From NCBI GenBank assembly GCA_019119615.1, contig DWWQ01000006.1, forward strand, positions 4,079-68,078: a DNA stretch of 64,000 bases, written 5' to 3'. Under the pieces are notes generated by a model. The model saw nothing but the letters and a program-made list of their open reading frames with translations, made no database searches and was not told where the DNA came from. This stretch comes from Candidatus Alistipes stercoravium (lineage in GTDB: Bacteria; Bacteroidota; Bacteroidia; Bacteroidales; Rikenellaceae). Positions 56,822 to 64,000 of the stretch are shown here, piece by piece. Every line of letters begins with the position of its first letter. The first letter of the stretch is position 1. Made by a program: the position numbers and the translations under genes.

Positions 56822-58033
56822 TCAGTTTTCGGTTATTCCCAGTTCCTTGATCTTGCGGTAGAGCGTGCGTTCCGACATGAAGAGCTCCGCGGCAGCCTCG
56901 CGCCGGCGGCCGTTGTTGCGGCGCAGGGCGCGGATGATCTGCTCGCGCTGCATGTCCGCCTTGGTCTTCTCGCGCGGCGCCTCGTCGGTAACCTCCTCGC
57001 TCTCGGCAAACTCCGCAGCCGGCCGGGCCGGCTCCAGCGAGCTCTGGGCCGTCGTGGGAAGCAGCGCCTTGATATCGTGCTGGGGTTCCGCACGGTGTCC
57101 CGATGCCTGCTGCATCAGTTCGGTCATCATCCGCTTGAGGTCGTTGATGTCGGCCCGCATGTCGAAGAGCACCTTGTAGAGCAGTTCGCGCTCGGTGGAC
57201 ATGTCGTCGTCAAAACGCGGAGCACCCGCAGCCACGGGAGCACCGGCCTCCTGGGGCGGCAGGTAGCGCGAAAGTATCTCGGAGGTGATGACCCGCGCCG
57301 GCTCGATGGCCGAGATCTGTTCGGCGACATTCTTCAGCTGGCGGATATTGCCCCGCCAGTAGTAGTGCATCAGCATCTGCCGCGCCCCCTCGTCGAGCGT
57401 TACGGCCGGCATGCGGTACTGCACGGCGACATCGGCGGCAAATTTGCGGAACAGCAGCGGAATGTCCTCGGGACGCTCGCGCAGCGACGGCACGGAGATG
57501 GGCACCGTGCTCAAGCGATAGAAAAGGTCTTCGCGGAAACGTCCCTGAACGATAGCCTCCTGGAGGTTCACGTTCGTGGCCGCGACGACCCGTACGTTGG
57601 TCTTCTGCACCTTCGACGAACCCACGCGGATAAACTCCCCGGTCTGCAGCACGCGCAGCAGGCGCGCCTGGGTCGAATGCGGCAGTTCGGCAACCTCGTC
57701 CAGGAAGATCGTGCCTCCGTCGGCCTCCTCGAAATAACCCTTGCGGGCCTCCGTAGCACCGGTGAAGGCCCCCTTTTCATGTCCGAAAAGTTCCGAGTCG
57801 ATCGTACCCTCGGGAATCGCCGCACAGTTCACGGCGATGTACTTGTTATGCTTGCGCGCGGAATAGGCATGGATCACCTGCGGGAAAAACTCCTTGCCCA
57901 CACCGCTCTCGCCCGTTACGAGAACCGTCAGATCGGTGGGCGCCACGCGCAGAGCCACCTCCAGCGCCCGGTCGAGCAGTTCCGAGGTGCCGATGATGCC
58001 GAAACGTTGTTTTACGGTTGCGATTTCTGTCAT
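56822..58033 (-). CDS. Sigma54-dependent AAA+ activator (bEBP) with Fis-type HTH and no N-terminal sensor domain
   Basis: TGESGVGKE, VNCAAIP, ELFGHEKGAFTGA, FLDEV, FREDLFYRL, WRGNIRQL, SERTLYRK. Confidence 0.93.
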   Translation of the reverse strand: MTEIATVKQRFGIIGTSELLDRALEVALRVAPTDLTVLVTGESGVGKEFFPQVIHAYSARKHNKYIAVNCAAIPEGTIDSELFGHEKGAFTGATEARKGYFEEADGGTIFLDEVAELPHSTQARLLRVLQTGEFIRVGSSKVQKTNVRVVAATNVNLQEAIVQGRFREDLFYRLSTVPISVPSLRERPEDIPLLFRKFAADVAVQYRMPAVTLDEGARQMLMHYYWRGNIRQLKNVAEQISAIEPARVITSEILSRYLPPQEAGAPVAAGAPRFDDDMSTERELLYKVLFDMRADINDLKRMMTELMQQASGHRAEPQHDIKALLPTTAQSSLEPARPAAEFAESEEVTDEAPREKTKADMQREQIIRALRRNNGRRREAAAELFMSERTLYRKIKELGITEN

Positions 58034-58069
58034 TGCCAAAAAAGTTGGGGTCCGTGGATCCGCGGGCGG

Positions 58070-58927
58070 TTACATCGGTTGCTCCGAAGTATCCCCGGCG
58101 GCAGGAGTTTCGGATGCCTCCGGTGCCGCAGATGCCGGCGCGGAGAAATCGATCCACTCCGCCTCCTCGAGCTGCCGCTCGCGCATGTCGCGGTAATAAC
58201 CGTAGCCGATGGCGGCAAGTGCCAGCACGGCGGCGATCACGGCGATCCAGATGAAACGATCGGCCCTCCGGCGGGGAGCCCGTCCGACATAGGTATAGGC
58301 ATTGGTGTTCTTCGGCGGCTTGCCGTAGCGCAGACCCCGGACCGAAGGATCGGGATTCATCTTGGCCGAAGGCGAGATATGCGGCTCGGTAAAGGCCGCC
58401 GTCGCGGAGCGTTTCACAGGACGGGGCTCCGGAAAATCCGGGGAAGAACCGATATTTTCAGACGGCGCAGGGACGGCGGCAGCCGGCGCGGGTTCCGCAT
58501 GGGATTGCGGGATATCGGCCGGCCGGGGATCGGCCGCAGGCGCTGTCGGAGATTCGGGTTGCGGCGGTTCCGGCTCGGCAGACTGTGCAGCCGCGGCCCC
58601 TTCGAGCAGCGCCGGATCCGGTTCGTAACGGAAGGCGATGGTCCCGTTCGCCCCGGGACACAGTGTGCCGAAACCGGGCAGCGGGCACGGTGTGCCGTGT
58701 TCAACGGCATGGCGCACTTCGAAGACGAAACGGTCGATCTCGCCGGCGGCCTCCAGTTCATGGACGCCCTCGGCCTGCAGCAGGCCGCGCAGCACGCCGT
58801 CGTCGCGCTTGAGCAGTTCGGAGAAGAGCACCGTATGCTCCGGCTCCTTGACGATGAAGGCCCCGAGTTGGGGAACAACGAGGCGCTTGTGCGTCTCGAG
58901 ATATTGCGATATGATACGAATGAGCAC
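58070..58927 (-). CDS. HU-CCDC81-like N-terminal domain protein with Pro/Ala linker and C-terminal TM anchor
   Basis: ISQYLETHKRLVVPQLGAF, LPGFGTL, IAF (HU-like), TM FIWIAVIAAVLALAAIGYGYY. GTG start, -7 box TAATTTTG at 58957-58964. Confidence 0.7.
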   Translation of the reverse strand: MLIRIISQYLETHKRLVVPQLGAFIVKEPEHTVLFSELLKRDDGVLRGLLQAEGVHELEAAGEIDRFVFEVRHAVEHGTPCPLPGFGTLCPGANGTIAFRYEPDPALLEGAAAAQSAEPEPPQPESPTAPAADPRPADIPQSHAEPAPAAAVPAPSENIGSSPDFPEPRPVKRSATAAFTEPHISPSAKMNPDPSVRGLRYGKPPKNTNAYTYVGRAPRRRADRFIWIAVIAAVLALAAIGYGYYRDMRERQLEEAEWIDFSAPASAAPEASETPAAGDTSEQPM

Positions 58928-59236
58928 GATCGGAATCTCGTTGGTTTATCAGGGTTCAAAATTACCTCTTTCCCGCCAAAAAAACAAGCATCCGGGCCAT
59001 TCCCTGCACAAAAAGCCCGAAAAAAGAGCCGCCCGCAAAGACCGCACGGAGCATCGCACGGCAATGCGGAGGGCCGAAATGCGATTTTCCTGAAAAATAT
59101 TCGTACGGGAAGTTGGTTAAACCAAAAATATTCACCTATTTTGCATCGCAAAATCCCGGAAAATCCGGGCGAGCTACTTCGGCCGATTTCAGACAATGTA
59201 GCGAAGCCGGATTGACAAAAACCCTACGAACGAAAA

Positions 59237-60631
59237 ATGAAAGACAAGTACATTGACCTGATCGAACAGTCGTTCGACTTCCCGCAGGACGAGTTTTCCG
59301 TCGAAGACAGCGAGCTGCTCTTCCACGACATCCCGCTCATGGAGCTGATCAAACAGTACGGCACACCGCTCAAGATCACCTACCTGCCGAAGATCTCCCA
59401 GCAGATCAACCGCGCCAAACGCATGTTCAATGTGGCAATGGCCAAGGTCGATTACAAGGGCTCGTACAACTACTGCTACTGCACCAAGTCGAGCCACTTC
59501 TCGTTCGTCCTCGAGGAGGCCATGAAGAACGACATCCACCTCGAAACCTCCTCGGCCTACGACATCCACATCATCAACGCCCTCTACGACGGCGGAATCA
59601 TCGACAAGGACCGCTACATCGTCTGCAACGGATTCAAACGCCCGCAGTATGTCGAAAATATCGCCCAGCTCGTGAACGACGGATTCACGAACACGATACC
59701 CGTGCTCGACAACAAAGAGGAACTCGACCTCTTCGAAGACGCCTTCACCAAGAAGTGCAAGGTCGGCATCCGCATCGCCTGCGAGGAGGAGCCCAAGTTC
59801 GACTTCTACACCTCGCGCCTCGGAATCCGCTACAACGATATCGTGGACTTCTACAAGGCCAAACTGAAAAACAGCAAGAAATTCCAGCTCAAGATGCTGC
59901 ACTTCTTCATCAACACCGGTATCAAGGATACGGCCTACTACTGGAACGAGTTGTCGAAGTGCATGAACGTCTATTGCGAACTGAAGGCCATCTGCCCCGA
60001 GCTGGACAGCCTCAACATCGGCGGCGGCTTCCCGATCAAGAACTCCCTGAACTTCGAATACGACTACGAGTACCTCACCGAGGAGATCGTCGCCCAGATC
60101 AAGAACATCTGCCAGCGGAACGGCATCGAGGAACCCAACATCTTCACCGAATTCGGCTCGTTCACCGTCGGCGAAAGCGGCGCTTCGCTCTACTCGATCG
60201 TCAATCAGAAGCAGCAGAACGACCGCGAGAACTGGTACATGATCGACTCGTCGTTCATCACGACCCTGCCCGACACCTGGGGAATCAATCAGCGCTACAT
60301 CATGCTGGCCATCAACAACTGGGACAAGGAGTACCAGCGCGTATTCCTCGGAGGACTGACCTGCGACAGCGAGGATTTCTACAACTCCGAGTGCCACACG
60401 AACGCCATCTTCCTCCCCAAACTCGAGAAGGGAAACACGCAGTATATCGGTTTCTTCCACACGGGAGCCTACCAGGAGTCGCTCGGCGGATTCGGCGGCA
60501 TCCAGCACTGTCTGATCCCCGCGCCGAAACACATCATCATCGACCGCGACAAGTCGGACAACGAATACTACACGCGACTCTTCGCCAAGGAGCAGTCCTA
60601 CCGTTCGATGCTCCGCATCCTCGGGTATTGA
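59237..60631 (+). CDS. speA: Arginine decarboxylase (Bacteroidota short type, fold III PLP)
   Basis: YCYCTKSSH, LETSS, CNGFK, SRLG, LHFF, NIGGGFP, TEFGSF, GGLTCDS, GAYQE. Confidence 0.92.
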   Translation: MKDKYIDLIEQSFDFPQDEFSVEDSELLFHDIPLMELIKQYGTPLKITYLPKISQQINRAKRMFNVAMAKVDYKGSYNYCYCTKSSHFSFVLEEAMKNDIHLETSSAYDIHIINALYDGGIIDKDRYIVCNGFKRPQYVENIAQLVNDGFTNTIPVLDNKEELDLFEDAFTKKCKVGIRIACEEEPKFDFYTSRLGIRYNDIVDFYKAKLKNSKKFQLKMLHFFINTGIKDTAYYWNELSKCMNVYCELKAICPELDSLNIGGGFPIKNSLNFEYDYEYLTEEIVAQIKNICQRNGIEEPNIFTEFGSFTVGESGASLYSIVNQKQQNDRENWYMIDSSFITTLPDTWGINQRYIMLAINNWDKEYQRVFLGGLTCDSEDFYNSECHTNAIFLPKLEKGNTQYIGFFHTGAYQESLGGFGGIQHCLIPAPKHIIIDRDKSDNEYYTRLFAKEQSYRSMLRILGY

Positions 60632-60656
60632 AACCCGGTCCGGGACCGAAAATAGG

Positions 60657-60687
60657 AAAGGCCTCCGCTTCGGGCGGAGGCCTTTTT
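60657..60687. terminator. Bidirectional terminator after speA
   Basis: AAAGGCCTCCGC-ttcgg-GCGGAGGCCTTTTT. Confidence 0.9.
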
Positions 60688-60704
60688 GTGTCCGACAGGC
60701 CGCA

Positions 60705-61040
60705 TTACCTCACATAATTCCAGACAATCAATACGACAGCAACGACAAAAAAGGCGACGGATACCAAACTGTCCGCCTTACGGGCAACCTGCTCGCCGCG
60801 GGCGTTCCGCAACCGGGATGCACGGCCCCGATGCACCTGCACCGACACATACACGGCACGGATCACAGCCGCCGCTACGCAGACCATGGCCAGCGCCAGA
60901 AGGATACTCGCAGCCTTCTCCGAAACAAACCAGCTGACAATTAAAAGAGTAAGACCATTAGCCCAACACCAGGTGATCCAACGGTCCCTGCCCAACGCCG
61001 TACCGTATCGGTACATGCGGTCCACATTTACATCTTTCAT
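60705..61040 (-). CDS. Hypothetical small membrane protein (about 3 TM)
   Basis: 111-aa ORF with hydrophobic segments, filling the gap between speA and the barrel gene. Confidence 0.55.
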   Translation of the reverse strand: MKDVNVDRMYRYGTALGRDRWITWCWANGLTLLIVSWFVSEKAASILLALAMVCVAAAVIRAVYVSVQVHRGRASRLRNARGEQVARKADSLVSVAFFVVAVVLIVWNYVR

Positions 61041-61449
61041 GGTCGGTCGTTTTTATCCGGATCGCACGCCCGGCAAGGGCACTCTCCGGCCGGTTCGTAA
61101 TAGGAGGTATCAAGAAGTGTTAAAATATACCGAATCCTACAGACAAAAGGAAATTCGGGCCGCGCAATCCAACGTTAAGACCACATATAAGGAAAAATTG
61201 AACAACACCGGATGGTGATTGCTCCGGAAGCTGCCATACGGGTCTGCGGCAGGTCGGGAGGAGCCGGCGGATTCTGCGGAACGGAGACCGCAAGCCCTCC
61301 TTTCCCGGAGAAAACAAGGCGTTTGCGGGACATTGACGGAACGGCAGGAGCGTCGGGCCGTGATTTTTGCGGAAGATTCGCACGAAGGCGTGCCGCAGAT
61401 TGTGGAAAAATTCGTACCTTCGGGTCCCGAAGTCCGAAGCGCCGACCCG

Positions 61450-62826
61450 ATGAATAACCGCAACCGCCATCGATACACGCACCTTTTCGCGGGATTTATC
61501 CTGTGGATGGCAGCATGCATCTGCCCCGGAACGGCTCCGGCGGCCGGCAACGGGACTTTCGAAGCCGACACGCTGGCTCTGCACGGAGCAGAAGGCATAC
61601 CAGGGTGCATAACGGGAAGCGCAATCGATGGCGCGACAGAGGATGCCGGGAACAGAAGATCGCATATCGGGGAATTCGGTGCGAACAACACCGCTCAAGA
61701 AGACCCGGCGCAGAAACGGCCTCTCACGCACCGCATCGGCGCCGAATTCCGGCCCGAGCACATCTTCACGATCAATCCCTTTCTGCAGGGTGAGAATCTG
61801 GCCCAACTGCCCGTAAACTTGTCGCTTGCCGCCCACCTGAAATATGCCTTCGGATTCCATCCCGGCAGCCGTGCCGACCGGGTCTACGGAGGAGTCTATC
61901 AGGGAATCGGCGCGGCCTACTACGACTTTGCCAACCCCCGGGAACTGGGCAATCCCGTGGCGGTCTATCTCTTCCAGGGCGCCCGTATCGCCCGGCTCAC
62001 GAACCGGCTGTCGCTCGATTACGAATGGAATTTCGGCCTTTCGTTCGGATGGAAGCCCTACGACCGGGAGCAGAACAGCCACAACGTCATGATGGGATCA
62101 AAGGTGAATGCCCTGCTCAACGTAAACTTCTTCCTGCGCTGGATGCTCACCCGCGAGTTGGACCTCACCGTCGGCCCGACACTCACCCACTTCTCGAACG
62201 GAAACACCCGGCTGCCCAATGCCGGGCTCAACTCGGCGGGGCTTCAGGCCGGTCTGACCTACAACTTCGGACGCGAACGGGCCGAGATTCCCGAACGCAG
62301 CGCAACACCGCAGTTCCGCCGCCACATGAGCTACGACGTGGTGCTCTTCGGCTCGTGGTGCAGCAAGGGCGTGGAGGTCGGCGGGGCCTACTACGCCTCG
62401 CCCGACACCTATCCCGTCGTGGGACTCAACGTCTCGGCGCTCTACAACTTCGGGTACAAGTTCCGCGCGGGAGTCTCGCTCGACGGCGTCTATGACGGCA
62501 GCGCCAACGTCTATGTCCCCGACTACATCATCGGCACCGATATGGAGTTCGTCCGCCCGTCGATCGACCGGCAGCTCGCCCTCGGGCTCTCGGCACGCGC
62601 CGAATTCGTCATGCCCTACTTCACCATCGGACTCGGACTCGGGGCGAACATTCTCCACAAGGGCGGCGACCTGAAGGCATTCTACCAGATCCTCGCCCTG
62701 AAGGTCGGCATCACGCGCAGCTCGTTCCTCCACATCGGCTACTCGCTGCGCGATTTCCACATGCCCAACTTCCTCATGCTCGGCGTCGGATACCGCTTCA
62801 ACAACAAATACCCGCGCCACTACTGA
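61450..62826 (+). CDS. Acyloxyacyl hydrolase / lipid A deacylase (PagL-related) outer-membrane protein family
   Basis: LGNPVAVYLFQG, YEWNFGLSFGW, GSKVNALLN, THFSNGN...PNAGLN, FYQILALK, MLGVGYRF. Start trimmed to 61450. Confidence 0.75.
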   Translation: MNNRNRHRYTHLFAGFILWMAACICPGTAPAAGNGTFEADTLALHGAEGIPGCITGSAIDGATEDAGNRRSHIGEFGANNTAQEDPAQKRPLTHRIGAEFRPEHIFTINPFLQGENLAQLPVNLSLAAHLKYAFGFHPGSRADRVYGGVYQGIGAAYYDFANPRELGNPVAVYLFQGARIARLTNRLSLDYEWNFGLSFGWKPYDREQNSHNVMMGSKVNALLNVNFFLRWMLTRELDLTVGPTLTHFSNGNTRLPNAGLNSAGLQAGLTYNFGRERAEIPERSATPQFRRHMSYDVVLFGSWCSKGVEVGGAYYASPDTYPVVGLNVSALYNFGYKFRAGVSLDGVYDGSANVYVPDYIIGTDMEFVRPSIDRQLALGLSARAEFVMPYFTIGLGLGANILHKGGDLKAFYQILALKVGITRSSFLHIGYSLRDFHMPNFLMLGVGYRFNNKYPRHY

Positions 62827-62944
62827 TCGCGTCCCGGCGGAATTTGGCCATCCCGCGGCTTTGCACTATCTTTGCAACGCAAACAGACGACAGCCCTCCG
62901 TCCAGGCCGGGAACGGACGGACGGTTCGACAAAAAACAGAGACG

Positions 62945-63538
62945 ATGGATATCCGAAAAGCCGAATTCCGGTGCAGTTCCGAACGCATTTCGCAGGTCCC
63001 GAAGGACGACCTGCGCGACATCGCCTTCATCGGCCGCAGCAACGTCGGCAAATCGTCGCTCATCAACATGCTCACCGGCCGGCCGGGACTCGCCAAAGTC
63101 TCGGGAACACCCGGCAAAACCCGGCTTATCAACCACTTCCGCATCGACGACGCCTGGTATCTCGTGGATCTGCCCGGGTACGGATACGCCCGTACGTCGA
63201 AGAGCGTACGCGGCGCCTTCTCGAAGCTCATCACCGACTATGTGCTCCGCTGCGAACGGCTCCACTATCTCTTCGTGCTGGTGGACATCCGCCTCGAACC
63301 CCAGAAGATCGACCTGCAGTTCATCGAGATGCTCGGCATGAACGGCATCCCCTTCGGGCTGATCTTCACCAAGGCCGACAAGCTCTCGAAAGCCCAGCGG
63401 CAAAAGAGCGTCGAACGTTACGCCGCACAGCTCGCGGAGAGCTGGGAGGAGCTCCCGCCGATGCTCGTCTCCTCGTCCGAAAAGGGCACCGGGCGCGAGG
63501 AGATTCTCGATTTCATCGACCAATGTCTGAAAGTTTAA
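62945..63538 (+). CDS. engB: Ribosome biogenesis GTPase YihA/EngB
   Basis: IGRSNVGKSSLIN, PGKT, VDLPGYG, FTKADK. -7 box TATCTTTG at 62867-62874. Confidence 0.96.
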   Translation: MDIRKAEFRCSSERISQVPKDDLRDIAFIGRSNVGKSSLINMLTGRPGLAKVSGTPGKTRLINHFRIDDAWYLVDLPGYGYARTSKSVRGAFSKLITDYVLRCERLHYLFVLVDIRLEPQKIDLQFIEMLGMNGIPFGLIFTKADKLSKAQRQKSVERYAAQLAESWEELPPMLVSSSEKGTGREEILDFIDQCLKV

Positions 63539-63623
63539 CCGATTGTTGAAAAAACACGCTGTCAAAGGCGCGCTTTCTCATCCTATTACCGTATATTTGT
63601 ACCATCAAAACCCCATCGTACCA

Positions 63624-64000
63624 ATGGCTATCCATAAAATCAAGATCTTTTCGGGCCGCGGTTCCGAATACCTCGCCCAGAAAATCGCCGCAAGTTTCGG
63701 CACGACGCTCGGTCAGTCCGAGGTACTGCGCTTCAGCGACGGTGAGTTCCAGCCCTGTTACAACGAATCGATCCGCGGCTGCACCGTATTCATCATCCAG
63801 TCCACGTTCCCGCCCTCGGACAACCTCATGGAGCTGCTGATGATGATCGACGCCGCACGCCGCGCCTCGGCCTACAAGGTCGTAGCCGTCATGCCCTACT
63901 TCGGATGGGCCCGTCAGGACCGCAAGGACCGTCCCCGCGTGCCGATCGGCGCCAAACTGGTAGCCAACCTGCTCATGGCCGCAGGCGTGGACCGCGTCAT
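63624..64000 (+). CDS. prs: Ribose-phosphate pyrophosphokinase (3' truncated by window edge)
   Basis: Hand-translated MAIHKIKIFSG...FSDGE...NLMELL.MIDAARRASA...MPYFGWARQDRK. -7 box TATATTTG at 63592-63599. Confidence 0.96.
   Translation, partial: MAIHKIKIFSGRGSEYLAQKIAASFGTTLGQSEVLRFSDGEFQPCYNESIRGCTVFIIQSTFPPSDNLMELLMMIDAARRASAYKVVAVMPYFGWARQDRKDRPRVPIGAKLVANLLMAAGVDRV

Noticed and set aside
59212-59217. TTGACA upstream of speA
   Set aside because: An E. coli-type -35 box is not the Bacteroidota consensus, and there is no room for a matching -10 before the start codon.
1-64000. rRNA, tRNA, CRISPR arrays, IS elements, integrases and a REP family
   Set aside because: None recognisable. The intergenic hairpins differ in sequence and are explained as terminators.

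Overview
A 64 kb chromosomal segment of a high-GC Bacteroidota genome. Gene content, TAnnTTTG -7 promoter boxes and codon style point to Rikenellaceae/Alistipes-like; that taxon call is an inference. Most of the window is housekeeping: the complete his operon (hisG-D-C-B-H-A-F-IE) with an unannotated His-rich leader peptide and attenuator, plus argS, dusB, mgsA, serB, obgE, ald, M23-dxr-rseP, radA, folP/coaE, secDF, dnaK, ruvA, cdaA, a sigma54-activator-lptE-secG cluster, speA, engB and a partial prs. I saw no rRNA, tRNA, CRISPR array, integrase or transposase. Five things most deserve follow-up. (1) A two-FKBP-domain lipoprotein has a 79-aa Tyr/Gly-rich low-complexity insert in the flap of its second domain and is paired with a second FKBP lipoprotein. 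(2) dnaK lacks a canonical housekeeping -7 box but has a sigma54-like -24/-12 element with upstream (T/C)GNCA repeats, and a sensor-less sigma54 activator is encoded in the same window. (3) The his attenuator itself. (4) A low-GC surface lipoprotein with coiled-coil, collagen-like and beta-helix segments. (5) A divergent TonB-dependent-type barrel lies near two DUF5689-like lipoproteins, a candidate nucleic-acid or other uptake module. All family assignments come from recognising motifs by eye; no database search was run. Several start codons were trimmed from the ORF track.
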